IMG/VR virus record: IMGVR_UViG_3300017714_002439
Reading direction: 5' to 3' (one strand)
From: a virus
DNA length: 64,000 nucleotides
This document shows positions 47,733-57,227 of this stretch, piece by piece. Position numbers and translations under genes: made by a program. Under the pieces are notes generated by a model that saw only the letters and a list, made by a program, of their open reading frames with translations, was not told the origin of the DNA and searched no databases. The first letter of the stretch is position 1; the number at the start of each line of letters is the position of its first letter.

Positions 47733-47927
47733 ATGTTAAGTAAACAATGCAAATTACACCTAGAAGAAGTAGGCGAAACACGTTGGGAACATTTTAAACA
47801 TGCAATGTGGGTTTCATGGCAACTAGAAAAGGCCGCATATGCGTGTTTTATACATGCGTTTGCACCACGCTGGTTCAAAACATATGCTAGTGGCAAATGC
47901 ACAGAAATATTAGAGAGTAGAAAATGA
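47733..47927 (+). CDS. Small protein, DUF6356-like
   Basis: HLEEVGETRWEHF...ACFIHAFAPRWF...AS pattern. Confidence 0.55.
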   Translation: MLSKQCKLHLEEVGETRWEHFKHAMWVSWQLEKAAYACFIHAFAPRWFKTYASGKCTEILESRK

Positions 47928-48691
47928 GTGAAGAAAAATATACATTAAGGCAATATGCACAAATGCAAGGAGGACATGAAATGGATAATATGTATTCTAA
48001 TGATAATAGTTTAAGTTTTATGCAATCACTTGGTGAAGCTCGTATGTTTAAATCAAGAGCTCAAATTGCAGGCGAAGGTGCTCAGAGTATTACTAATCAT
48101 GCTTTTGTTAGTATGTTAACTTTATATGCAATGAGTCAAGACTATAACTCGGCTCCAATAGCATCTAACTATGCAAAAGCAACAATATCAAGAGGTAGTT
48201 TTGCAAGTGCTAGTCCGGGCGGAACAGATCTATATCAAACATTGTTTACATTAAGTAAACCAGACGGACTATTTAAAAATTCAAAAGATACCTTACTAAT
48301 GAATAAAGTCAGATTTGATCAAACTAAAACCAAAGCGTTTTTAAGAAGAATTCAAACAGGACAAATAACACAAGGTGAAGCTCAAACATTCTTCTTTAGA
48401 ATGGAAAGAGATTTAGCAATATCTGATCCTAAATTACGTGCGGCAAGACGATTAACACAGAATTGGGGCAAACTAACTACAGCACAGCGAACACTTGTAG
48501 CTACACAATTAGATAGACATTTTAGAGCAAATGCATTACGTAGCGACATATATCCGCATTTTAAAAGGTTTGCAAAAGGTGGTAATCTTATTGTTGGACA
48601 AGGAACAGTTAAGAAAATTGCTAAACGTGTTGCCAGAGGCGCAGCGGCATTTGCCGTTGGATACGCTGCCGGCAAAGCTACAGAATTATAA
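47924..48691 (+). CDS. Hypothetical protein
   Basis: ATGA-coupled; basic amphipathic C-terminus. Confidence 0.7.
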   Translation: MSEEKYTLRQYAQMQGGHEMDNMYSNDNSLSFMQSLGEARMFKSRAQIAGEGAQSITNHAFVSMLTLYAMSQDYNSAPIASNYAKATISRGSFASASPGGTDLYQTLFTLSKPDGLFKNSKDTLLMNKVRFDQTKTKAFLRRIQTGQITQGEAQTFFFRMERDLAISDPKLRAARRLTQNWGKLTTAQRTLVATQLDRHFRANALRSDIYPHFKRFAKGGNLIVGQGTVKKIAKRVARGAAAFAVGYAAGKATEL

Positions 48692-48694
48692 GAC

Positions 48695-49162
48695 ATGTAT
48701 ACAAAAAGTAATCAGCGACCTACAGAAGTCATTGGTCGTAACACGGCATTCTATTCAATTTATACTCTAATAGATGTAACTGATTCTGATGTATCAAGTC
48801 CTAAAATAAATGCAAAAAAGCTCCATCAAAGTCAGAACTTAAATACATTTATGCAAGTTATAGGACTAAGAACACAACCTATAATAAGTAGTGTTACTAA
48901 ATTGCAGTCACAAACTATGGCAGACTACGATTTTGGTAATAATTTTACAGGTTCACATACTGTTTGGTTATTAAAATTTGTATCAGAAACAGAAGGTGCA
49001 TGGAAAAAAGAAGAAAATGAAACAACCCTTTTATTAGATGACTTTAATCTAGTTCCTATACATGATGGATTAGACGAAACAGCAACAATAGATGGAGATA
49101 TTATAAATACTGATAACGAAGATAGGTTAAATACTTACTTCAAATTTAGTGAAAACATATAA
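48695..49162 (+). CDS. Hypothetical protein
   Basis: ORF in operon. Confidence 0.65.
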   Translation: MYTKSNQRPTEVIGRNTAFYSIYTLIDVTDSDVSSPKINAKKLHQSQNLNTFMQVIGLRTQPIISSVTKLQSQTMADYDFGNNFTGSHTVWLLKFVSETEGAWKKEENETTLLLDDFNLVPIHDGLDETATIDGDIINTDNEDRLNTYFKFSENI

Positions 49163-49165
49163 ATA
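49158..49165 (+). promoter_or_regulatory. Late promoter (exact T4 consensus)
   Basis: TATAAATA. Confidence 0.6.
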
Positions 49166-49237
49166 GTAGTATATACTACGAAAGTATATTTAAAGCAAAT
49201 CAGCTCTTTATGAGACTGCAAAAAGGATAGACGGAAT

Positions 49238-49525
49238 ATGTCAATGCAACAGTCAAGACTAGAGCGTGAAAACCTAGAAGCACACGTAGATTTATGTGCA
49301 GAGAGGTACCGCGTTTTGGAAGAAAAATTTACAAGATTAGAAAACAAGGTTGATGACCTTGTGGACTCTGTTCAAAAGTTAGCCGACAAAGCTACAGCAG
49401 ATAAAGTATCAGGTAATAAATTAGTCCTTGGAGCAGCTGCAACAGTGATTGCAGGATTGCTATCAACAATAGTATTACTATTGTTAAACCTTCAAGGTAT
49501 GCAAGGGTTTATACCACCGGGATAA
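49238..49525 (+). CDS. Coiled-coil protein with C-terminal TM helix (holin-like candidate)
   Basis: Heptad N-terminal region followed by VLGAAATVIAGLLSTIVLLLL. Confidence 0.5.
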   Translation: MSMQQSRLERENLEAHVDLCAERYRVLEEKFTRLENKVDDLVDSVQKLADKATADKVSGNKLVLGAAATVIAGLLSTIVLLLLNLQGMQGFIPPG

Positions 49526-49530
49526 TAGTA

Positions 49531-49818
49531 ATGATATTAAATGAGTCATATAGTAACGTTGTTACAGAAGCTAAAGTAGTATATGCCAGAAGAGGCAAGA
49601 GTGTTACTACTAAGTTTAGATGCACAGTAGGACCTAGAAAAGGTCGTGTTGTAGCCTCTCCAGCTCAATGCACTAAACCTATAGACTTAAAAAAGAGATT
49701 CGTGCTTAAAAAAACGAGAATGTCAAAAGGTTCACGTATGATGAAAAAAGCACAAAGAACAAAAAGAGTAAATCCACAGAGTAGAATTGTGAGACAATTA
49801 AACAAAGCGAGAAGATAA
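49531..49818 (+). CDS. Basic prohead core-like protein (gp68-like)
   Basis: Short acidic leader (ILNE/VTE) then K/R-rich body ending KKAQRTKRVNP... Confidence 0.45.
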   Translation: MILNESYSNVVTEAKVVYARRGKSVTTKFRCTVGPRKGRVVASPAQCTKPIDLKKRFVLKKTRMSKGSRMMKKAQRTKRVNPQSRIVRQLNKARR

Positions 49819-49819
49819 C

Positions 49820-50518
49820 ATGGCAGATTCATTAATAAACACATTACAAGATTTTTTATCAAAACAAGATATAAAAGTAGATCAAGATTTATTATCTTCT
49901 TCCCTTAGAGAATTAAACTTTAGTCAAACACTTGAGTTAATGAAAAAAATAAAAGAACTTGACGTTGAAGGTGTAACATCTATGGTAAATGTAGATTATG
50001 ATGCACCAGTTACAGAAGAAGGATCACCGTGGACAACAACAGGTAAACATCCTGAAGATATGGACGCAGATGAATTAAGAGATGAGCTCGCAGTATTTGA
50101 CGAATTAAGAAATAGAGGTGATTATTTGTCACCAAAAGAATTAGCACGTGAAGATTCATTATATGATTATTTAGAACAGATTGATGGACCACAAATGGAT
50201 GAAGCATATGGAACAGTTGGAACACAACAACCATCAGCTTCGGCAATTAAAGCACAAACAACAAAAGATAACAATAATCAAAGAGACTTTACAAACAATC
50301 AACAAAAGCAACAAAGAGGTGCTTCAGTAGTTCCTCGCACAGTAGCAGGTGGAAATAAACAAGCTACAGGACAAGGTGCAGCAAGATCAACTGGCGCAGA
50401 TCCAGATGATGTCGAACGTGGAAATAATGCAGCACAGTCAAATGCAAACGCAGAATTATCAAATCAAAATGCACAAGAAATTGAGCGATTAAAACAACTC
50501 GCATACGGGAGACGTTAA
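49820..50518 (+). CDS. Hypothetical acidic and Q/N-rich protein
   Basis: ORF in late operon. Confidence 0.65.
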   Translation: MADSLINTLQDFLSKQDIKVDQDLLSSSLRELNFSQTLELMKKIKELDVEGVTSMVNVDYDAPVTEEGSPWTTTGKHPEDMDADELRDELAVFDELRNRGDYLSPKELAREDSLYDYLEQIDGPQMDEAYGTVGTQQPSASAIKAQTTKDNNNQRDFTNNQQKQQRGASVVPRTVAGGNKQATGQGAARSTGADPDDVERGNNAAQSNANAELSNQNAQEIERLKQLAYGRR

Positions 50519-50727
50519 TGAGATCTATATTAGGCCCAGGCGGAATCCCGACATTTGTAAACAAATTAGAAAACAAAGTATATGAATGCATGATGGAAGA
50601 AAGAGTATGCAAAGATGACCTTTCTGAACGTGATGCATATCTAATGCAAAGTCTAATAAACAAAAACTTAGTTAACAAACAAGTAGAAGGCAAGAAAGTC
50701 TACTATACAAAAGCGAGGAGTATATAA
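50518..50727 (+). CDS. Small protein, possible winged helix
   Basis: LSERDAYLMQSLINKNLV...GKKVYY pattern. Confidence 0.5.
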   Translation: MRSILGPGGIPTFVNKLENKVYECMMEERVCKDDLSERDAYLMQSLINKNLVNKQVEGKKVYYTKARSI

Positions 50728-51335
50728 TGCCAACATCAGATGATGTCCGTGGAATGCAGGACATATTAAATAAATTAGCAAACGCATCAGAAAGAAAACC
50801 AACAACTGATACTAAACAATCAGTTCCAGGAAATGTTTCATCTGACGCCAAGGCTATGTATCAAATATTACAAAAATTAGATGAGGCAACTACTAAAGCT
50901 ACTAAGAAAATGGTAACAGAAGAAGACACAGAATCTTCTATGTTGACGGCAGTAGCACTCAAAGAAAATGATAATATTACTATCAATGGTAATTATAATG
51001 TTGAAATAGTTCAAAAATATGTTATTGATGGTGTTAAAAAGAAATACTATAATGTTAAAGACGCAGAAGGTAATGTATTATACGAGGACGTAGCATTATT
51101 TGAAAGTGCGATGGGTATTGTAAAACATTTAATGTTTGGCAAAACCGCACACAAAGTTGATGAGATTGCAAAGTTAGACGAGCGTTATGCTGGATATTTA
51201 ACAGAAGCAGCCATGTATAAACAAAAGTCACTTATGATTACCGAAGATTATAAAGTAGATGTGTTTGTTGCAAAGCAAGGAAATGCAATACAAAAGATGG
51301 CAAATTGTAAAAAACAGATCAAATCACTGCTCTAA
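50727..51335 (+). CDS. Hypothetical protein
   Basis: RBS gaggag; TAATG overlap. Confidence 0.7.
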   Translation: MPTSDDVRGMQDILNKLANASERKPTTDTKQSVPGNVSSDAKAMYQILQKLDEATTKATKKMVTEEDTESSMLTAVALKENDNITINGNYNVEIVQKYVIDGVKKKYYNVKDAEGNVLYEDVALFESAMGIVKHLMFGKTAHKVDEIAKLDERYAGYLTEAAMYKQKSLMITEDYKVDVFVAKQGNAIQKMANCKKQIKSLL

Positions 51336-51336
51336 G

Positions 51337-51344
51337 CATAAATA
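51337..51344 (+). promoter_or_regulatory. Late promoter
   Basis: CATAAATA upstream of 51383. Confidence 0.6.
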
Positions 51345-51382
51345 CAATATAAGTATATTAATCAGAAAAATGGGGTTCTAAA

Positions 51383-52141
51383 ATGGAATTACAACAATTA
51401 AAAGAAAACAAACTTTCAACACTCAAGCGTGTGCTTGATGATGTTTTTAGTTTGAAGTTAGATTTTAATGCTCCTAGTTCAAAACTAGAGGCTATTAAAG
51501 AGTCTACACAACGAAAAATTACAGATCTTCGTGAAAACGGTCAAGACGTTAGTAACAAAGATTTTCAAAAGCTACTACTAATTGCGGAAGGAATGGATAT
51601 GGCAATAGAAAAAAAGAAGCTAGAAGAATCAGCTGATTTAGATCAAGCTGAAGTCTTATTAGCCGCAAAGCAAATGGCAGATGATTTACAAAAAATGGCT
51701 GAAAACTTAGCAAGTATGCAAGTTGAGGACTTAATGAGTATTCATAATGCTATGAAAGAACAAGTTGGAACAGCAGAAGCAGACGCATTTAATTCAAGTG
51801 CCGAAGCGGCTATTGGCTCAGCTCTAGAGGCAGTTAAATCTGCTAATGAGCAAGTTGGTAATGCAGTGTTAACAGCTCAAGGAATGGCACCAGAAACATC
51901 AGACATGGATATGCCTGTAGAACCAGAAGGCGACCTAGGTTTAGATGCACCAATGGACGAACCAGCAATGGATGACGATTTTGGTGGTGCAGACGCAGCC
52001 GAAGTTGATACAGACATGGACGGACGTGAGATGAAAGAAGATGCATATTTGGCAGCAGTTCGCACAATTAAAGAAGCACAAGCTGAAGGCAAAGTTTCTC
52101 CAAGTATTCTTAAGCAAGCATTTGCACAGTTAAAGAAGTAA
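51383..52141 (+). CDS. Acidic helical head-assembly/scaffold-like protein
   Basis: Helical, acidic, LxE motifs, late promoter. Confidence 0.55.
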   Translation: MELQQLKENKLSTLKRVLDDVFSLKLDFNAPSSKLEAIKESTQRKITDLRENGQDVSNKDFQKLLLIAEGMDMAIEKKKLEESADLDQAEVLLAAKQMADDLQKMAENLASMQVEDLMSIHNAMKEQVGTAEADAFNSSAEAAIGSALEAVKSANEQVGNAVLTAQGMAPETSDMDMPVEPEGDLGLDAPMDEPAMDDDFGGADAAEVDTDMDGREMKEDAYLAAVRTIKEAQAEGKVSPSILKQAFAQLKK

Positions 52142-52144
52142 AAA

Positions 52145-52444
52145 ATGAGGTATAACGATTTGATAAGGCATACTCTAATAGATATGTTGTCAGTATTGAC
52201 AGCAGAAGAAGCCACATCAGTATCGTTAGAAACATTAGAAAAAACATTAGATGCACAAAACATGCATGTCGATGAGCAAGAACTACGTGAATTACTTGAC
52301 ACTATCCCCATTGTAAACACAGTCAAGGATAATGTAGTTTTCTTTAACAACGACGGAGATGTTGATGCACCAGATCCAGAAAAGCAAGATAAAACAGTTG
52401 CAAAACTGGCCAAGAAAAAAGTAGATAAAGAGATGAGCAAATGA
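52145..52444 (+). CDS. Hypothetical protein
   Basis: ORF in operon. Confidence 0.65.
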   Translation: MRYNDLIRHTLIDMLSVLTAEEATSVSLETLEKTLDAQNMHVDEQELRELLDTIPIVNTVKDNVVFFNNDGDVDAPDPEKQDKTVAKLAKKKVDKEMSK

Positions 52445-53058
52445 ACATAGGATTAAATGCAGCACAGGCAAGAGCAAAAAGTTCACAAGATATGATTGTA
52501 TTCGACGAATGCACGTCGATTATGAAAGCCGTTATTACTCATAGTGCAGCAGGCAGTTACGATACATATGTATCAGACTCTACCACAATGACAGAGTCTA
52601 CACCATCTACAACTAAAATTGGCACAACAAATAATCCTACAGTATCAGTTGGCGATACTTTTATTATTAATGGAACTACAATCACATTAGGTTCTTCAGG
52701 AACAAATTTAAATTCTGTTATAGCAGATATAAATGATGCTTCAGTTACAGGTGTAACTGCAAGTAAAGATGCAGGATACTTAGTATTAACTATTGTATTA
52801 CCAGCATCAACAACATGGTCATATGAAATAGGATCAGGAACGGCCAATACTGCATTAGGTTTTACAGATGGCATATATGTCCCTCCCACACCTAGTAGCA
52901 CTACCTATTTTACATCATGGCAAGGCACTATCACAGATAGAGCTTTAGAAAATCAAATGAATTCAGTTATTAAATATTTTAATAACTTGGGTTATAAATT
53001 AGAAAGACTAACTAACTCAGCTACAGGAAAAACATTCAAGTGGCATATATATTGGTAA
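52441..53058 (+). CDS. Probable virion structural protein
   Basis: Thr/Ser/Gly-rich; TFIINGTTITLG...LNSVIADINDA..TGVTAS segment typical of tail proteins. Confidence 0.55.
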   Translation: MNIGLNAAQARAKSSQDMIVFDECTSIMKAVITHSAAGSYDTYVSDSTTMTESTPSTTKIGTTNNPTVSVGDTFIINGTTITLGSSGTNLNSVIADINDASVTGVTASKDAGYLVLTIVLPASTTWSYEIGSGTANTALGFTDGIYVPPTPSSTTYFTSWQGTITDRALENQMNSVIKYFNNLGYKLERLTNSATGKTFKWHIYW

Positions 53059-53074
53059 TTAAAGGAGCATAACA

Positions 53075-53377
53075 ATGGCACACAAATATACATTTAAAGT
53101 AACACCGACCGCACTAGTAAGAGATGAGACGGGCGTTGCAGACGAAGATCAAAACCTAACACCAGAAGCAATCGCAATTCACGATCAATTCGTTGCAGAA
53201 GGAAAAGTAACAGGTCAAGCTCAATCAGAAGAAAAAGAAGAAGATGGAAGCTATGTCCAAAGTATTACATTTTTAGATTCAGCAACATGTGATGAATACT
53301 TAGCAGCAATGGCAGGTATTGGCGAAGTTGAAAGAAGTGGTGCATCAAGATCAGATCATTCTAGAGAAGACGTTTAA
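53075..53377 (+). CDS. Hypothetical protein
   Basis: RBS aaggag. Confidence 0.7.
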   Translation: MAHKYTFKVTPTALVRDETGVADEDQNLTPEAIAIHDQFVAEGKVTGQAQSEEKEEDGSYVQSITFLDSATCDEYLAAMAGIGEVERSGASRSDHSREDV

Positions 53378-53399
53378 TTAACACCTGGAGCGGCAACTG

Positions 53400-54164
53400 A
53401 TGTCTTACGACCTTCAAAATAGTATAGACGCAGTAAATAGATCAAAGATTTGTGCGAGAAACTATGCTGATAAAGAAGTCCCAGAAGAACTCATTGAGCA
53501 TCTTCTAAAAGTCGCTACAGGCGGCCCATATAAACAAGGCAGACGATGGTTTGATTTATATGCTATAACAAACAAAGAAAAATGTCTAGAACTCTGGAAG
53601 CACACAGCTCGTCCAGATGAAGACACTCAATTATTAAGAACCTCCAGAAAAAATAGAGACGGAACTGAAGCAACTTTTATTGGTAATGCACAGGTATTAG
53701 CACCAGTATTGTTTGTGTTTACAGTGCCAGAAAAACCTACTCCAGACTATCCAATAGATGAGTGGTATGAGCCATCTAAAGAAATGCAACGAGCAGAAGA
53801 ATATCAAAATCAAAATTTAGCCATAGGTAGTTCAATGGGTATGTTGGTATTTGAGGCTAATAGGACAGGACTACAAACAGGCTGTTGTGTATGTTATGAT
53901 GCAGACGCTATTACAACACAATTTAAAAGATATGTCCTACACAAAAATAAAAATATACATGAGGTTATGCTTATGGTAGGAGTAGGATATCCAGAATTAC
54001 CATGGTCTGAAAAAGATAACTATACTAATACTGGAACTGAACAAGAACCTAAATATGCACATAATCCACAATGGCAAATGAGAGAACATCCTTTGTCAGA
54101 AAGTCGATACGATCCACCTGATTCTAATCTAAGAGATAATCCAAGAACACAAAGAATTTATTAA
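53400..54164 (+). CDS. Nitroreductase-family protein
   Basis: RSKICARNYADKEVPEELIEHLLKVATGGP, AIGSSMG...GLQTGCCVC, MVGVGYP. Confidence 0.75.
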   Translation: MSYDLQNSIDAVNRSKICARNYADKEVPEELIEHLLKVATGGPYKQGRRWFDLYAITNKEKCLELWKHTARPDEDTQLLRTSRKNRDGTEATFIGNAQVLAPVLFVFTVPEKPTPDYPIDEWYEPSKEMQRAEEYQNQNLAIGSSMGMLVFEANRTGLQTGCCVCYDADAITTQFKRYVLHKNKNIHEVMLMVGVGYPELPWSEKDNYTNTGTEQEPKYAHNPQWQMREHPLSESRYDPPDSNLRDNPRTQRIY

Positions 54165-55048
54165 TGCAAGAAAAAAAGATAGCCTTTATTGGCTGTAGTC
54201 ACTTAGCTACACATGATCAGCCAACACAGCAGAAAAATAATTGGACTTATCAATTATATCAAAAATATCCACATCATCAATATAGAAGCTACGCTTTAGG
54301 CGGACAAGGAATAGAACAATTTCAATGGCATTTATTAGATGCTAAAAAATGGGGTGCAGATATTGTATTCATGAATAGAACATATCTAGGTCGTTGGGCA
54401 ATGTTAACGCAAGCCGAAGGCAATCTATGTGGTGAATTTGAATATGTTTCTAACGAAAAATTTGAAGAAGATAATTGGTCAGAAATGTTAGCCAGGTATG
54501 AGTGTTATTGGGGAACAATTAAAGATGATATAAGATATAAGAGAGCTGCGCCGCCGGCTCCTCAACAAATATATTATGATGACTCAGATGCAAGAATTCT
54601 ATGCGATAAACTTAATACGCATCAGCCATATTGGAGATTACATTCAGGATCACAAACACGATTGAAATGGGAACTTGAATGGTATTCAAATATAGAGAGA
54701 TTATATAATTTTGATAATTTATTTTTATTAGATTGGGCAGCAGGTAGCCATCAAGTACCAAAAGAATATGCTGATAAGCACAACTATAAATTAGGTCCTG
54801 ATCCATATGAAGAAATTGAAGATGGTAAAACAATAGAGCATTATTCAATTTATACCTCAACTACATGGGATATGCCAGTAGAAGATTGGTTTTATAAAAA
54901 ATATAAACTTAATATACACAAGGGTGATAAGTTATGGAAAATTGGTATACAAACATCAATAACAGATAATCATTTTAGTCCAAGAGGAAATACAGAATTA
55001 CTTAACGAATATATTTTAACTAATAAAAAAGTTCTAGATGTGTTATAG
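54164..55048 (+). CDS. SGNH-like protein (paralog of 36827)
   Basis: KIAFIGCSH, QKYPHHQY, LLDAK..G.DIVF..RTY and TDNHFSPRGN shared with 36827..37546. Confidence 0.6.
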   Translation: MQEKKIAFIGCSHLATHDQPTQQKNNWTYQLYQKYPHHQYRSYALGGQGIEQFQWHLLDAKKWGADIVFMNRTYLGRWAMLTQAEGNLCGEFEYVSNEKFEEDNWSEMLARYECYWGTIKDDIRYKRAAPPAPQQIYYDDSDARILCDKLNTHQPYWRLHSGSQTRLKWELEWYSNIERLYNFDNLFLLDWAAGSHQVPKEYADKHNYKLGPDPYEEIEDGKTIEHYSIYTSTTWDMPVEDWFYKKYKLNIHKGDKLWKIGIQTSITDNHFSPRGNTELLNEYILTNKKVLDVL

Positions 55049-55050
55049 TA

Positions 55051-55695
55051 ATGAAGTTAATCTTACATCAAAGTAAATCTATTAAATCTAACAATTCTAC
55101 ATTTCCAAGATGGGTGTATGATTGTGATACACATATACTTAAAATTATTCCAAATGGAACTTCCGCTTTATTCACAGCAGAACAGCTAAACAAAAATGCT
55201 AATGTAATTAATGAAACATTAGGTTTTAAATATTTTTATGGTATTGAAACTGTTGATAATTTTATCCACATGAATATCCACAAATTGGATAATGCAAATT
55301 ACAATCATACTATTAAAGAAGATTTTTTAGAAATGTTAGATATATGGATAGATATAAATCTGAAAATATTTCCATTATGTAATGTTGATATTAATGAAAA
55401 TAATATTAGGCTATATAAAGATAAGCCTGTATTAATTGATTGGGATGATGCATTACAAGGTAATAAGCATACAGCATTTTATATTATAGCAGAATTATAT
55501 AGGCATTGTATGGTATTTTTAGATCAACAAGAAGTTGTTGATTGTATACAACACCGCATACAATCAACTTGTTTAGAAATTGATATAAAACAATGGGATT
55601 GGATAATCAATAACTACCAACTTCGCGGATATGACTTTGAAAAAGTTTTGCATTGGAGTGAACTTCCTGACAGTTGGTTACTTAAAAAAGATTGA
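55051..55695 (+). CDS. Kinase-like (APH/protein kinase fold) protein
   Basis: CNVDINENNI catalytic-loop-like and VLIDWDD Mg-binding-like motifs. Confidence 0.5.
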   Translation: MKLILHQSKSIKSNNSTFPRWVYDCDTHILKIIPNGTSALFTAEQLNKNANVINETLGFKYFYGIETVDNFIHMNIHKLDNANYNHTIKEDFLEMLDIWIDINLKIFPLCNVDINENNIRLYKDKPVLIDWDDALQGNKHTAFYIIAELYRHCMVFLDQQEVVDCIQHRIQSTCLEIDIKQWDWIINNYQLRGYDFEKVLHWSELPDSWLLKKD

Positions 55696-55720
55696 CAACA
55701 TAAAGGTTTTAGTGTAACAT
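55692..55720 (+). promoter_or_regulatory. sigma70 promoter of exonuclease (predicted leaderless mRNA)
   Basis: TTGACA-N17-TAACAT-N6-ATG. Confidence 0.7.
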
Positions 55721-55726
55721 ATAAGC

Positions 55727-56419
55727 ATGGCTGAATTAATCAAAATCTACGACTATAAAGAACTAAAGCGTCAAAGTGTAGACGGAAAGCGTCTATATGA
55801 AAATCCATATGGCGACCCAGTTCCAAGTGTCACAACAATTTTAGGTGCTACACAACCAGCAGAAAAGCGACAAGCATTAGCTAACTGGCGTAAACGTGTT
55901 GGAACAGAAGAAGCACAACGCATTACTACAACTGCCGCAAATCGTGGAACAGTTATGCACAATATATTAGAACATTGGGCATTGGGAGAATACGAAACAT
56001 ATAATCCTGGAAACAATATTGTTCATAGACAAGCCAAAGATATGGCACAAGTTGTTATTGAAAATATAGAAAATGATATTGATGAAATTTGGGGCACAGA
56101 AGTAAACTTATGTGCGGCAAATCTATATGCAGGAACAACAGATTTAGTTGGCATGTATAAAGGCAAGCCAACTATTATGGACTTTAAACAAACCAACAAA
56201 CCTAAAAAGCGTGAATGGATTGATGATTATTTCCTACAGGGTGCTGCATATGGATTAGCACACAACGAAATGTTTGGAACAGATATTAAGAATATTGCTA
56301 TTTTTATGTGCAGTGGAGATTGCGAATGGCAGTTGTTTGAGTCAGAAGAAGATGAATTTTCTTATTGGGCAACGCAATGGGCTAAAAGATTAGAGAAGTT
56401 TTATGGCATGTCTTCATAA
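55727..56419 (+). CDS. PD-(D/E)xK exonuclease (RecB/Cas4-like fold)
   Basis: PSVTTIL, RGTVMHNILE, AGTTDLV...IMDFKQT, QGAAY. Confidence 0.85.
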   Translation: MAELIKIYDYKELKRQSVDGKRLYENPYGDPVPSVTTILGATQPAEKRQALANWRKRVGTEEAQRITTTAANRGTVMHNILEHWALGEYETYNPGNNIVHRQAKDMAQVVIENIENDIDEIWGTEVNLCAANLYAGTTDLVGMYKGKPTIMDFKQTNKPKKREWIDDYFLQGAAYGLAHNEMFGTDIKNIAIFMCSGDCEWQLFESEEDEFSYWATQWAKRLEKFYGMSS

Positions 56420-56422
56420 ATA
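56415..56422 (+). promoter_or_regulatory. Late promoter
   Basis: CATAAATA upstream of 56448. Confidence 0.6.
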
Positions 56423-56447
56423 CAGTATATAGAAACGAGGAACAATT

Positions 56448-57218
56448 ATGGCAATAACAACAAAAGTATCGCAGATTATTATTAGAAAAGATAACGCCTC
56501 TGCAATTCCTACTTTAGGAGCAGGCGAATTTATGCTTGCGGAAGATGAACAAAGACTTTTTCTAGGACAAGCACCAGTAACAGGTGTTGTAGAAAGTTCA
56601 ACCACTACTAATGCAAGTGTATCATTTGCAGTTCCAATTGGTGGAATCTCTACTCCGTTATATCTAAGTAATTTAGCAGACTATTCAATTGTTGTAACCA
56701 AAGCCGCAGATTCCTCAACAACTACAATTGCATCAAATAACGTAACAGTAAGTGATGCAGATGGAGAAGGTAGCAACCCACCAATTTATACATTTGCTCA
56801 TGGACTAGGCGGAGCAGTTGCAGGTGGTGACACATTTGTATTGCATTACAATAAAGAAATAACAAGTTCACCAACAGACGACAGAGTTAAAAGAAATACT
56901 ATAAAATTTACTAACACTGGCAATCAAACTGAAACAACAGGTATTAATTTTTCTAGTGCTGTTGTAAATGATATTAGTATTGATTATGCATTGTTTAATG
57001 CAACACATATGCGTAAAGGAACATTAAGTGTTCTAGTTAATGGAAATACAGCCAGTAATATTGAAGACAAGTTTTTTGGCGACAATGAACTAACTGATGT
57101 TGAATTTTCACTAACAAATAATGGATCAGGAACATTTACATTAAAATTTAAGACAGCATTAACTACTGAATTACAATTTAACTATACACAGACTGCATCA
57201 AAGTTCGTTACAACGTAA
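56448..57218 (+). CDS. Virion/fibre-associated protein
   Basis: N-terminal QIIIRK...PTLGAGEFMLAEDEQRLFLG motif seen in phage fibre/Mtd-type N-termini. Confidence 0.6.
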   Translation: MAITTKVSQIIIRKDNASAIPTLGAGEFMLAEDEQRLFLGQAPVTGVVESSTTTNASVSFAVPIGGISTPLYLSNLADYSIVVTKAADSSTTTIASNNVTVSDADGEGSNPPIYTFAHGLGGAVAGGDTFVLHYNKEITSSPTDDRVKRNTIKFTNTGNQTETTGINFSSAVVNDISIDYALFNATHMRKGTLSVLVNGNTASNIEDKFFGDNELTDVEFSLTNNGSGTFTLKFKTALTTELQFNYTQTASKFVTT

Positions 57219-57227
57219 GATAATAAT

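Noticed and set aside
51877-52440. 187-aa minus-strand ORF (also 24430..24804, 34767..35243)
   Set aside because: Ser-rich antisense shadow of well-supported plus-strand genes.
55727-56419. Cas4 as part of a CRISPR system
   Set aside because: No four-Cys Fe-S motif, array or other cas gene; it fits a standalone phage exonuclease.
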